The notes beneath the pieces are model-generated. The model did no database searches. It worked only from the letters and a program-made list of their open reading frames with translations, and was not told where the DNA came from. From Candidatus Poribacteria bacterium (GTDB taxonomy: Bacteria; Poribacteria; WGA-4E; PCPOR2b): DNA of 64,000 nt. Numbering within the stretch: position 1 is the first letter of the stretch; every line of letters starts with the position of its first letter. This document shows positions 9,566-19,188 of the stretch, piece after piece. Position numbers and translations under genes: made by a program. The stretch lies in contig OZ244587.1 in the NCBI GenBank assembly GCA_965218095.1, forward strand, positions 3,200,001-3,264,000, written 5' to 3'.

Positions 9566-12500
9566 CTATAATTTTTTCTGCGTCTGCCGCGATAACGCTT
9601 TGAAATATTGCTCAATCAGTTCACGATACTGCGGCGGAAAGCTTTCTGCCTGTCCTGATCTAAGATTCGATTCGAGCTGCTGTATGGTCTCCAGTAGTTT
9701 TGGATCGAGCGGTGGCGCGTCATTTGTAGTCGCTGTCGGTTTTTTAGCAACCTGACTCTTTCGTTTCTTGCTGACCTCGCGCTTCTGCAAGGATTTGGAG
9801 CTTTCTAGCATCCGCGTCAGGATCTCCCGCTGTTTGTTCAGCACTTGTTGATTCAGATTTCCCTTCTGGAGCTCGGCTTCCACTTCTCTCATCTCCTCCG
9901 AAACGCTCTTGAGATCTCCGAGTACCTGTGACAGCTTTTCCATCATGTCTGCTAGCCGCTCCGTGGCTTCCCGGATCATCTGCTGCTCATACCCCAGCCG
10001 CTTGAGCAACTGTTCGTTGCTTGGCGTGCGTCCTTGTTGGCGCATTTGTTGGTTCAACTGCTGCGCCATCTCGTTCAATTGCCCCTGATTTTGCGCTAAC
10101 TGTTGAAGTTGCTCTAGCATATTTTCCATCCCAGCCATGCTCATCTGCTGGTTCATCTGATTCATTGCCTTGAGCAGTTCAGAAATCGCTTGATTGAGAT
10201 CCGCCAGTCCCTGTTTCTGGATTGGAACGGCGAGACTCGGCTTTCGATCTTCTAGCGCCCGTGCGGATCGCTCAAAGGCATCGCCGGCGGCATTAAGCAG
10301 CCAAACGATTCTCGGATCAATTTGCATCTGATCCTTACCCAACTCCCAAAGCCGGTTGGCAAGCAGATTGAGTCCCGCTGCAAGGCTCAACTCATTCGCC
10401 GCGAGTGTTTGTAACTGCTTGACTTCCCCTGCGAGATACTGCCCATGTCCAGACTGCAAAATCTCGTTGGTTCCATCAATGACCTGCTCGTGGGTTCGAG
10501 AGAGATACAGTCCACTCCGTACTGACTCGCGTATTGCAGTCAAAGTCTCATCCGCATTTGCCCCCTGCATGAACTCCAGCGCATCGTCCAGCCCCTGCGC
10601 CAGTTCACTCAGTCCTTGTTGGGCATGTTGTCCGGACTGCATTGCGCCCTGCATGTGATTCCCTTGCATCTGCAAGCTGGTGGATTGGATGTTCTGGGTG
10701 ACCTGCTGTTCTCGGGCGGATTCGTTCAGCCGCTTGACCTCATCAGCAACTCGTTGAAGGTTCGCCAATTCCGACATCTCCTCCCCCAGTTCATCGAGTT
10801 TTTCGTGGAGCTCTTCCATTCTTGCTGCAACGCGCTCTTCCTGCTTGGCAAGCGCATCAGCATGTTTGCTCGAATCTCCGGCATTGTTCTGATTGGCTTG
10901 ATCAACGAGATCCCCTAACTGTTCCATCAAGCGTTCCTGTCGTTCAGCAAGCTCCTTTGACTGATTCGCCGCAGCTTCCAGCTTCTGCTGAATGATCATC
11001 TGCTGATAAAGCGATTTCAACCGATCTAATTGCTGAAGAAACTGTTCTTGATTGAAGTTTGCTTCCATCAACTTTCGTTCTTGTTCAGACAACTGTTGCT
11101 GCTGCAATGCTTCAGCCAACTTCCGCAGAAGTTCCTTGTGCTCCTCCGATAGGGCTTGATCCATCAGTTCCTGCAACTCCTGAAACTTCTGAACCGTTTC
11201 TAGATCAAACAGTTGCTGCTTCTCCATTTGTTCGGCGGTCTTCTTCATCTCTTCCGTCAGATCCTTTGCCGTCTGCTCAATCTGCTTCTGGTTCTCAAGA
11301 ACCTGCTGCACTAACTTCTCGTCTTTCAGGGTCAACTCCTGGCTCTTGCGGATCTTGTCCAGCAATTCATCGATCGTGGCTGTTTGTTCTGCCTGCTCAT
11401 CAAACAACGCCTCAAGCCCTTCCAGTTCGACTTCCTGCTCAGATTCGACCTCGTCGTAGAGTTCCGCCAGAGTTGGAAAACGAATCGAGTAGATGTTGGA
11501 TTTGCCGACGTTTGCTTCTGTGACATTATCCGCATCGATCGCTTCAGCATGGTAAGAGATGATGTCCCCCGGAAATAGCCCAATCGGATCAATGTCCCAG
11601 GGGAATTCGATGAAGACTGACGTTTCCGTTGGATTCCACATTTTCAACGGCACGATAATATCATCTTCGCTCTCTCCTTCGATCCGATAAACAAGCTGTA
11701 TCTCCTGCACACCGTAGTCATCTTTCGCATCGATCTGGAGGGGAACAATCATCGATTCATCGAGGACAACATCTTTACCCGGCGCGACGATCTCTATTCG
11801 CGGTTCGGCGTCCTCAATCGCGTGGAGGGTGTACGTGATCGGCTGCGAGTTTGAAACACCATCAACATCAATCAGCTCGATATGATACTTTTCGCTGTGT
11901 TGGACGATAAAATTCCCTGATAAGCGATTTCCATCTGAGATTCTGAGCTTGGCTGGATCTGATTCTTCAAGGACTAACCTCCCCGAAGCGAGCGGCTTGT
12001 TGCCCTCGCCCTCAAACTCCACCTCTGTACCAATCAGTGCAGTGAGATCGCCGAGGTTTTCTTCCAGCATTTGTGGCGAAAGTTGGGTATATTTCGGATA
12101 GTTGAGCTTGAGTTGGAAACGGCTCACGATTGGTTCTCGCGCAACGGTGATGTGGTAGTGTTCCGATGCTGTTTCTTTTGCTGCGATGTAATATTCCATC
12201 GACTGTGTGACATTTTTGAACGTAAAGCGATAGGGAATTTCCCTCTCATTTCGGGTCATCAAGAGATCGCGCCATGGTTGAGCAGATTGTCCAGCCGGCT
12301 GATTCGGCAGATTGTCGGTCTGTCCCACGCGATAGTAGAGGTACACAGGTGTGCCGAGGTGTCCGGTCACTTTCGCGGAGATGGTGACATCCGCCCCAGA
12401 TTCAATCAGTGCATTGCCCGGCTGGATCTCATCAATCTGGACAACGAGCATCTCTTGGGGCGTCTTGGGCAGTTCATCGAATGCTTGTGCAAAACTCTTC

Positions 12501-13045
12501 AGGCCCGAAGGGAGGATCAAATGCGTAATGAACAATACCGCAACAGCGGCAGCTGCAAACCCACCATATTTCTTGAGTTTCAAAAACTCTTGCGCAAAGA
12601 CCCGCTTCGTTTCAATCTGATCAATTGATTGATGGGCACCCTCAATCAGCCTCTCAATGAATTCCAGGGCATAGCCGAAGCGGTTATTCTCCATCTCCGG
12701 CTTGAGTTGGACGGCGCTCAGAATTCGGTTTTCAAATCTGGGATGGCTTGTCTCGATATATGCCGCTACCCGATCGTTCGTGAGTTTTTGGAAAACAGGA
12801 CGGATAAGGTAACGAACCGCTGCATACACGCCGACCCCGATCCACAGCAACACTAGCCCCATACGGAGCACACGCGGCAATGGTAGAAGTTGATCAATCA
12901 TAAGCGCAACAGCAAGAGCAATGGCAAGTGTCCCCAACCATCGCAGTAAACTGTGGGATAGGAGCAACAAGCGCCACTGCGCTCGCAGCGACTGAAGCCG
13001 GTTAGTAATTTCTTGATAGGTTTGCTCGGTGTTCCGGTTTGGCAT
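9566..13045 (-). CDS. DUF4175-family membrane protein with long Gln/Glu-rich coiled coil
   Basis: N-terminal TMs, LSAVQL, PKYT, DDYG, C-terminal PPQYRELIEQYFKAL. Confidence 0.8.
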   Translation of the reverse strand: MPNRNTEQTYQEITNRLQSLRAQWRLLLLSHSLLRWLGTLAIALAVALMIDQLLPLPRVLRMGLVLLWIGVGVYAAVRYLIRPVFQKLTNDRVAAYIETSHPRFENRILSAVQLKPEMENNRFGYALEFIERLIEGAHQSIDQIETKRVFAQEFLKLKKYGGFAAAAVAVLFITHLILPSGLKSFAQAFDELPKTPQEMLVVQIDEIQPGNALIESGADVTISAKVTGHLGTPVYLYYRVGQTDNLPNQPAGQSAQPWRDLLMTRNEREIPYRFTFKNVTQSMEYYIAAKETASEHYHITVAREPIVSRFQLKLNYPKYTQLSPQMLEENLGDLTALIGTEVEFEGEGNKPLASGRLVLEESDPAKLRISDGNRLSGNFIVQHSEKYHIELIDVDGVSNSQPITYTLHAIEDAEPRIEIVAPGKDVVLDESMIVPLQIDAKDDYGVQEIQLVYRIEGESEDDIIVPLKMWNPTETSVFIEFPWDIDPIGLFPGDIISYHAEAIDADNVTEANVGKSNIYSIRFPTLAELYDEVESEQEVELEGLEALFDEQAEQTATIDELLDKIRKSQELTLKDEKLVQQVLENQKQIEQTAKDLTEEMKKTAEQMEKQQLFDLETVQKFQELQELMDQALSEEHKELLRKLAEALQQQQLSEQERKLMEANFNQEQFLQQLDRLKSLYQQMIIQQKLEAAANQSKELAERQERLMEQLGDLVDQANQNNAGDSSKHADALAKQEERVAARMEELHEKLDELGEEMSELANLQRVADEVKRLNESAREQQVTQNIQSTSLQMQGNHMQGAMQSGQHAQQGLSELAQGLDDALEFMQGANADETLTAIRESVRSGLYLSRTHEQVIDGTNEILQSGHGQYLAGEVKQLQTLAANELSLAAGLNLLANRLWELGKDQMQIDPRIVWLLNAAGDAFERSARALEDRKPSLAVPIQKQGLADLNQAISELLKAMNQMNQQMSMAGMENMLEQLQQLAQNQGQLNEMAQQLNQQMRQQGRTPSNEQLLKRLGYEQQMIREATERLADMMEKLSQVLGDLKSVSEEMREVEAELQKGNLNQQVLNKQREILTRMLESSKSLQKREVSKKRKSQVAKKPTATTNDAPPLDPKLLETIQQLESNLRSGQAESFPPQYRELIEQYFKALSRQTQKKL

Positions 13046-13153
13046 GGTGTTACCTCCGTATGCGTGATGTGTGAATCAACTTCTGAACGAATGAACTCTT
13101 GAGCCCTTTCCTTTACTCACTTCCGTTCTTCCATTGCTTTGTCCCTGTCTCAT

Positions 13154-13882
13154 TTAGTGTGTCAGTGCATAAACGGCGACGTTGACCGCCATCTTCGCGG
13201 CAAGCTCACGCACCTGGGGAGTATCTTTGGGATGGACCTTCGGATCTTCCAAGCCATCCCCGATGTCTGAACTGTAAACGTAGTAGACAACCAGCCGCCC
13301 ATCGTGAAACAGCCCGAAACCTTGAGCGGGCTCTCCTTCGTGTTCATGGATTTTCGGGAGTCCATTGGGAAAATCATAAAAACAGTGATAGATCAGGTGA
13401 GAATTCGGTATCGGCTGAAGTTCCTGATTGGGGAACGCGCGGCGCATTTCACGACGAAAACTTTTGTCTAAGCCGTAGTCGTCATTCACGAAAAGGAAGC
13501 CACCGTGCGTCAGGTAGAAGCGTAATGCCTCAACCTCGACCTCCGTGAGGCGGATATTGCCGTGACCAACGATATAGAGCATCGGGTATTGGTACAGGTT
13601 GCGATCGGTCAGCTTCACGATCACGCGATCATCCGCTGTCTCAATGTCTGTTCGTGTGCGAAGTAGCTTTAGCCAATTTGAAATGGTGGTCTGATCGCCG
13701 TACCAATCGCCGCCGCCGCCATATTGAATCTGCGCGATGACGAATTTTTCGCCAGCGCTTTGGGCTGAACCGATCAGAAGGATTCCGCCCAACACGGCGT
13801 AAAACGTAAAACGTAAAACGTAATGCGTAATGCGTGATGCGTAATTTATTTGATTTCGAGCTGTTTCTTGATTTTCTTCCAT
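13154..13882 (-). CDS. DUF4159 domain protein
   Basis: YGGGGDWY, YPMLYIVGHG, GGFLFVNDDYG, GLPKIHEHEG, DIGDG; start uncertain because the N-terminus includes a heptamer repeat. Confidence 0.85.
   Translation of the reverse strand: MEENQETARNQINYASRITHYVLRFTFYAVLGGILLIGSAQSAGEKFVIAQIQYGGGGDWYGDQTTISNWLKLLRTRTDIETADDRVIVKLTDRNLYQYPMLYIVGHGNIRLTEVEVEALRFYLTHGGFLFVNDDYGLDKSFRREMRRAFPNQELQPIPNSHLIYHCFYDFPNGLPKIHEHEGEPAQGFGLFHDGRLVVYYVYSSDIGDGLEDPKVHPKDTPQVRELAAKMAVNVAVYALTH
13797..13845. repeat. Heptamer tandem array (AAACGTA, ATGCGTA/ATGCGTG units)
   Basis: gcgtaaaacgtaaaacgtaaaacgtaatgcgtaatgcgtgatgcgtaat. Confidence 0.85.
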
Positions 13883-14013
13883 GGTATCCCTTTTCCAGCT
13901 TTCAGGTCTTCCTGTGCTTTTGTCATTTCCATAATGAACTTATGATCTGTCACCATCAGCCAATCCTCCAGCGGTTCAATGGTTACCTCCTATAGCTGTT
14001 TTATCTTTACCAT
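13846..14013 (-). pseudogene. Small antitoxin-like ORF remnant with in-frame TAG
   Basis: MVKIKQL*EVTIEPLEDWL...AQEDLKAGKGIPWKKIKKQLEIK*; the C-terminus resembles antitoxin tails; GGAG RBS. Confidence 0.5.
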
Positions 14014-14042
14014 GTCTCCACTATTCACGTTCGTTTTATCGT

Positions 14043-16337
14043 CTACACCAACCCCCTCCGCTTGCGCAAAAACCATTCCATTCCCAGAAATCCAACCGCA
14101 AGGATCAGGACAATCGGCGTATCCCATAAATTGCGCTCCTGAACAGCAAAGACCCGCTCTCGAACTTCTTTGATCTTTTCAGGTAAGGATGCGGCTTCGG
14201 CAATCGGGGTATAGAGTCCGCCGGTGTCGGCTGCAAGCTGCTTGAGCAAATCTTCGTTGAGTTGTGGATTCTCAAACTCTGCCAGTGGAGACTCGACAAA
14301 GATTTCCGTTGAATCCTCGCCGAGCGAAGATAAGCGATTGGCGCCCGAAGTACGGATTCGGTAAGCCCCCTTCTGGTTTGCACGGAATTGTGCAGTATAG
14401 GCGCCTGCGACCTGAGAGTTTGTTTCTGTACGGACTTGAAAGCGTTTCCCATCCGGCGGCGTAACTTCGATTTTGAGGTCTGCATCGTCCATCGGATGAT
14501 AACTCTCATTGTAAGCGTACGCTGTGATCTGGACTTCCTCACTGACCGAATAGGTTGTCAGATCTGTTGTGAGATTGATCTGTTTGGCGTCAGCCCGTGT
14601 CGCCATCCAGCGAACCGTCTGCCCCCAAAAGCGAGGGTAAGTATCGTCCTCATCTTTGAAATTCCAAACGCCAAACCCCCAATTCCATAGGCCTTCGGCG
14701 GAAATCAGGAGGCTTTTTCCCAATCCAAATCTCTGAAAAATGATGATCGGCATAGCGGTCTCACTTCTGTTCGGCCGATACACCGCAAGCGTTGTCGCCC
14801 CACCCCTGAGCCGGAACCCACCCAACCAGCGTGTCAGCGGCGGTAAATCACGCCAAATGGATTCAACTTTTGCCTGTGTATCTCCCAAACGGGTAATTGG
14901 GTGATACATGCCCTGTCGAGTCAATTCGGGACTAAAATCCTCATCTCGAACAAAGCAGCCATTGGTCGGGATGACAATCGGCAGGAGAGCTGCAAGGGCG
15001 GTCTTTTTGAAGCCTCTACGACCGAGCGAGTTTCGTCCGCCCAGGAATATCACAGATTTCCCTCGTTTTTCGACGAAATCGACGATGGCTGTGTGTTGCT
15101 CAGGGGTCAAAATGCCCAAGAGGAGATCACCAATGATGAGCACATCGTAAAACAGCAAATCATCAAGCGTCTCTGGAAAGTGTGGTATGTGATTCAGACC
15201 GCTTGTCTGTGGATAATATCCATCTGAACGTACCAACAGTGTGGCACGAAGTTGATTCGCGGAGTGGCTCGACAGGATAGCGCAGGTCGGATCAATATTT
15301 GGATCACGTTCGAGCGCACGTTTGAGAAAGGTGTATTCCCAACGCGGACGACCATCAATGTAAAACACACGCAACTTCGTCTTGACCACTTTCACGGGAA
15401 ATGCTTTTTCGTTGTTTTCGGGAGTAAGTTCGTCTTGCAGAACGGGAAGGGAAATGATGTATTGAAAGATGCCTTCCTCCTGCGGATTCAGGATGAACTC
15501 AATCACTTGAGCCGGCTCATCCGTCAGCGCGATTGGCGCTGTGTCAACAACCCGACCGTTCTTCATAAGTGAAATGCGAATTTTACTGCCTGCGTAGCCC
15601 GTGTGGTGTACGGTGACGCGGATCGGCACATCGTGCTCCATATAGACGACGGGACTTACCTCGATTTTTGAGATTTTGAGATCCTTTGGCGGGTGAGGGC
15701 TGCCGATGCCCACCGCGTAAATAGGGATTTGCATCTTGGCAACTTCAACCGCAGGCGTTGAAGCATTGTGCGCCCCATCAGTGAGAAGCACCACTCCAGC
15801 CAGTGGTTGCCCTCGCCACTCTTTGGAGGCATCGCGGATCGAGACGGCGATGTCCGTTAATCCACCTGAAGCCTCAAGGGTGCCAATTGTCTTGGAAATT
15901 TGATGGGCTTGCGCGTCAAACCGATAAAGATGAATGTCAAACCGGTTGGCGAGTGCTGCCAGAAAACGGCTTGTTGCGCCGGGTTGATTAGGCGAATCCG
16001 TGTCGAAACCATCGAATAAAAAGTGATTCACGAGGCTTAAACGCGCTGTTTGCTGATCCGCCAATTCCACATCCTCAAGCTGCATGCTTTGGGAGGTATC
16101 AGCAAGAATCAGCAGATTTGTTGGCGGGGTAATATCTTTTCGTTCAACCAGCACGGGTTCAAGCAGACAGAACAGCAACACCGACGCGGCTAAAATCCGC
16201 AGACTGATAAGGAGGGCTCTGAGCCTTTGACTCAGTGGGCGGTTCAAACGAAAGTAAGCATACGTCGTAACACTAGCCATGATCGCGAGTCCGAGCGCAA
16301 CCGCCCACCATGGCCAAAGATAAGTGAATCGCATCAA
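14043..16337 (-). CDS. Membrane protein with vWA domain and class I glutamine amidotransferase-like domain
   Basis: N-terminal TMs, MIDAS-like DTSQSM, LLTDGAHN, DGRPRWEYTFLKRAL, C-terminal EWFLRKRRGLV. Confidence 0.85.
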   Translation of the reverse strand: MMRFTYLWPWWAVALGLAIMASVTTYAYFRLNRPLSQRLRALLISLRILAASVLLFCLLEPVLVERKDITPPTNLLILADTSQSMQLEDVELADQQTARLSLVNHFLFDGFDTDSPNQPGATSRFLAALANRFDIHLYRFDAQAHQISKTIGTLEASGGLTDIAVSIRDASKEWRGQPLAGVVLLTDGAHNASTPAVEVAKMQIPIYAVGIGSPHPPKDLKISKIEVSPVVYMEHDVPIRVTVHHTGYAGSKIRISLMKNGRVVDTAPIALTDEPAQVIEFILNPQEEGIFQYIISLPVLQDELTPENNEKAFPVKVVKTKLRVFYIDGRPRWEYTFLKRALERDPNIDPTCAILSSHSANQLRATLLVRSDGYYPQTSGLNHIPHFPETLDDLLFYDVLIIGDLLLGILTPEQHTAIVDFVEKRGKSVIFLGGRNSLGRRGFKKTALAALLPIVIPTNGCFVRDEDFSPELTRQGMYHPITRLGDTQAKVESIWRDLPPLTRWLGGFRLRGGATTLAVYRPNRSETAMPIIIFQRFGLGKSLLISAEGLWNWGFGVWNFKDEDDTYPRFWGQTVRWMATRADAKQINLTTDLTTYSVSEEVQITAYAYNESYHPMDDADLKIEVTPPDGKRFQVRTETNSQVAGAYTAQFRANQKGAYRIRTSGANRLSSLGEDSTEIFVESPLAEFENPQLNEDLLKQLAADTGGLYTPIAEAASLPEKIKEVRERVFAVQERNLWDTPIVLILAVGFLGMEWFLRKRRGLV

Positions 16338-16465
16338 ATTCCCTTCTTCGCTGTAAATATTGGTGAATTATACCTTACCGCCTGAAAACCCGTCAACTGA
16401 AATCCCTGAACCGATTAAACGACGCTTCCGCTTGCAAAAAAATCAAGCCTTTTATAAATTTGGGG

Positions 16466-16494
16466 TTGACAAGGGCAAGTATCTTCTGTAGAAT
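16466..16494 (+). promoter_or_regulatory. Sigma70-like promoter
   Basis: TTGACA-N17-TAGAAT; a divergent TTGACG-N18-TATAAT lies on the minus strand at 16367-16396. Confidence 0.65.
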
Positions 16495-16744
16495 TAGCGT
16501 TGCGCTATACTTTACTTTACCGAATCAATCAATACGAATGAGGGAAAGAGATGTCCCAGGAAAACCATGCCGAGATAGAACAAAGCCCACAAGAAAACAC
16601 ATCCGATACCGACAACACCGTGAGTGCTTCGATTTCTGCGGAAAGTGGAATTATTACGCGCTTATAAGGTTTAGGCTTGCAAGTTTTGTGTAAATTTGAT
16701 ACAATATAGGCATCAAACCCTTATGAATAAAGGAGTTGAGATGA

Positions 16745-17626
16745 ATGAACTTGTTTGATGCTGTAGAACGATTTTCTGACCAAGAGAGTTGTATTAAACA
16801 CTTAGAAACTATCCGCTGGGGTGGCAAACCTGAGTGTCCATATTGCGAAAGTAAAAAGGTTGCACCGAAGAATGAAGCTAGCATAATTGGTCGTTGGAAT
16901 TGCCATACTTGTAAGTCAAGTTTCAATGTGTTACAGGGAACGATATTTCAAGGAACACAGATTCCACTTCAGAAGTGGTTTATGGCTATCCTGTTAATGA
17001 ACGATGCGAAGAAAAGCCTATCAAGTTGTCAAATGGCTCGTCATTTGGACTTAACGCAACCCTCAGCTTGGTTCATGATGAAACGAATCAGGTCTGAGAT
17101 GGGTAGAAAGGGCAAGGTTTTACTGAGAGGAATTATTGAATGCGATGAAACCTACGTGGGCGGTAAGCCCCGACGACGAAAAGACAAGGACGGGAACTTG
17201 CCTCCACCGAGCAAGCGAGGTAGAGGCACGAAGAAAACGCCCGTTATCGGTGCTGTTGAACGGGCTGGGAATGTTGTGGCGCGTGTGGCTACGAGTTTGA
17301 GTCGTAAGGGCGTTTTGGGGTTCATCAAAGGCGTTATTGAGAAGCCGAAGGATTCAGTTCTAATGACAGATGAGTTCTCATCGTATGAGGCGGTTGATGG
17401 GCTCATGCCTCACCATGTCATCAGACACAAGAACTGGCAGTACGTGGACGGTAATACCCACACAAACACGATTGAAGGGTTCTGGTCGCTGGTGAAACGT
17501 GCGTTTCATGGTACACATCACCACTACAAGCATGTTTCGCTCTACATCGCTGAGGCGTGTTACAAGTACAACAACCGGAAGAACCGGAACATCTTCAAGA
17601 AGTTTATCAGGGAATGCTTTGTGTAG
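16745..17626 (+). CDS. IS1595-family (ISXO2-like) transposase
   Basis: Zn ribbon CPYC..CHTC, GTIF, ECDETYVGGK, GRGTKK, TDEFSSY, HTNTIEGFWSLVKR. Confidence 0.95.
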   Translation: MNLFDAVERFSDQESCIKHLETIRWGGKPECPYCESKKVAPKNEASIIGRWNCHTCKSSFNVLQGTIFQGTQIPLQKWFMAILLMNDAKKSLSSCQMARHLDLTQPSAWFMMKRIRSEMGRKGKVLLRGIIECDETYVGGKPRRRKDKDGNLPPPSKRGRGTKKTPVIGAVERAGNVVARVATSLSRKGVLGFIKGVIEKPKDSVLMTDEFSSYEAVDGLMPHHVIRHKNWQYVDGNTHTNTIEGFWSLVKRAFHGTHHHYKHVSLYIAEACYKYNNRKNRNIFKKFIRECFV

Positions 17627-17664
17627 GGTGGGAAAACCTCTGGAGACTCCATAGAAGGATTAGA

Positions 17665-17859
17665 TTACACTATTTCCAACCTTTTGAAAATGGTTGTAAT
17701 TAGTGTGTAGTCATTTTTAAGTAACTGAATTGCAACTCTTAAATCTTCTACGGTTGCAGTAGAGGTAAATAACCTCTCTTCAATTCGGTGGGTTTTATCA
17801 GCATGTTTTTGTAGATGTTCTTTAACACGTTGAATATCCACCTTCCTTTGTGATGACAT
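17665..17859 (-). CDS. 64-aa helical hypothetical protein (IS cargo)
   Basis: AAAGGAGG RBS; ORF flanked by 14-bp IR TGGGAAAACCTCTG / CAGAGGTTTTCCCA. Confidence 0.6.
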   Translation of the reverse strand: MSSQRKVDIQRVKEHLQKHADKTHRIEERLFTSTATVEDLRVAIQLLKNDYTLITTIFKRLEIV

Positions 17860-17943
17860 AACATCTGCCTCCTTTCTGAGTCATATTTTCAGAGGTTTTC
17901 CCATAAGGGAGTGTCCGGTGGGAGCCGGACACTCTAGCAACAA

Positions 17944-17981
17944 AATATCAGGGAGTGCTTTGTGTAGCACCCCCTGATATT
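17944..17981 (-). terminator. Hairpin terminator for the cargo transcript; contains a copy of the transposase 3' end
   Basis: AATATCAGGG AGTGCT ttgtgt AGCAC CCCCTGATATT; followed on the minus strand by a T-rich run. Confidence 0.55.
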
Positions 17982-17990
17982 GCCTAAGAG

Positions 17991-18101
17991 TTATTGCTTA
18001 GGCGTAGCCGTATAAGGACTGCTATACGGCGTTTGATTACCCTTACGTTTAGCGATTTTGAGTACGATAAACGTAAAGGTTTTGCGTATTTTTATAAACA
18101 C
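17991..18101 (-). CDS. 36-aa basic micro-ORF (IS cargo)
   Basis: AAAGGAGG RBS then GTG; MFIKIRKTFTFIVLKIAKRKGNQTPYSSPYTATPKQ; overlaps the 59-aa ORF. Confidence 0.35.
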   Translation of the reverse strand: MFIKIRKTFTFIVLKIAKRKGNQTPYSSPYTATPKQ

Positions 18102-18228
18102 GATAATCCCTCCTTTCATTGGAATAAGTCGTGATGCAGAGGGTGTTATCAGCAGTTGTCCGTATATGTGGACTTACAAGCGTGCCGTCTTTACGCCTGT
18201 AAGACTTGATGTATTTGATGCGTGGCAT
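18049..18228 (-). CDS. 59-aa micro-ORF with YxRKDGTxVxPHxRT motif (IS cargo)
   Basis: AAGGAG RBS; MPRIKYIKSYRRKDGTLVSPHIRTTADN...; too short for the ORF track. Confidence 0.55.
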   Translation of the reverse strand: MPRIKYIKSYRRKDGTLVSPHIRTTADNTLCITTYSNERRDYRVYKNTQNLYVYRTQNR

Positions 18229-18293
18229 GGGGGGTCTCCTTTGCCATGTTGTGGCGGTGGGGGTGCTATAACACCCCCTCGCCTGTTTTATGT

Positions 18294-18734
18294 CTATCTC
18301 ATGTGCAATCTTCTAGCAACATTTCGGAGGGTTGTTTCGGTTTGCCCAAATCGTTCCTCCATTTGGGCATAACGCCCCTCTATACTATCTATTGACTTGA
18401 TGACTGCTACATGAGTTGCAAGGGTAGTTGTCATGTACCTGTCCATTCTCGTTACTGACTGTTGAAAAGAATCAAGTTTCTTGTCAATATCTTCAACAGG
18501 TACGGTTTTCTTCGCAGTTGCATCTCTAGTTTTCAGATTCTCTGCGATGTTGGTAAGCTCTACCCTTCTTAAATTGACGACTTCTTCTTTCAGTTGTTTT
18601 GCTTCATCTCTGAAGTCTATGAAGGACTTTCTGATACTATACAAATCGTCACTACTGGGAATGTGTTTCCAAATGAACTTTCCAGCAGCAATGATAATGA
18701 GTATATCCGCTACTACACTAAGAAAATCACTCAT
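18294..18734 (-). CDS. 146-aa protein, N-terminal TM helix plus coiled coil (IS cargo)
   Basis: AAAGGA RBS; FLSVVADILIIIAAGKFIW followed by a heptad-like helical region. Confidence 0.65.
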   Translation of the reverse strand: MSDFLSVVADILIIIAAGKFIWKHIPSSDDLYSIRKSFIDFRDEAKQLKEEVVNLRRVELTNIAENLKTRDATAKKTVPVEDIDKKLDSFQQSVTRMDRYMTTTLATHVAVIKSIDSIEGRYAQMEERFGQTETTLRNVARRLHMR

Positions 18735-19188
18735 TGGGGTGTCCTTTACTTTGGCGAGGAAAGGTAAAACAAGCCAACGATTTAATAAACTTCAGAATCA
18801 CAGGCTTGTAACACCCCAATAATATCACATATTCAAAGAATCTGCAAGCCAATTATTTATAAATGCGAAATATTATTAGCAACCAACAGATCCAGTCCAT
18901 TGAGATTTCCGATAAGTTCACAAGACAAAAAACGTCGGATGGTTGGTATATTACCTTCCAGCGTCCAGGTAAAGTCACCATTAATCTCACAACAAGTATG
19001 CGGAAAATAGAGGTGCTTCTTATCGAAGAAGACATCATCGAAAACGACGGCACGGATCTAATTATCCTGCGGAAGCACGCTCCTGATGCATATAAATCAA
19101 AAAGATCCGGAGCGCCCCTGGCTCGAAGTCGCGAAGAGCTGTTACAAGGGGGAACGACCGCAGTATAGCAGTTAAACGGGGGACTTTC

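Larger units (their letters stand above)
16657..18850 (+). mobile_element. IS1595-family element with passenger micro-ORFs
   Basis: End motifs GGCTTGCA at 16674 and (rc) 18850; near-identical flanks AATTATTA 16649-16656 / AATTATTT 18851-18858; AT-richer than the flanking DNA. Confidence 0.8.
16551..19168 (+). pseudogene. Hypothetical gene split by IS1595 (5' part 16551-16655, 3' part 18851-19168)
   Basis: MSQENHAE...ESGII resumes after the duplicated AATTATT as YKCEILL; a 1-nt shift then joins NQQIQSIEISDK...GGTTAV. Confidence 0.5.

Noticed and set aside
18058-18372. Plus-strand 104-aa ORF in the IS1595 cargo
   Set aside because: No RBS; the minus-strand micro-ORFs have strong RBSs
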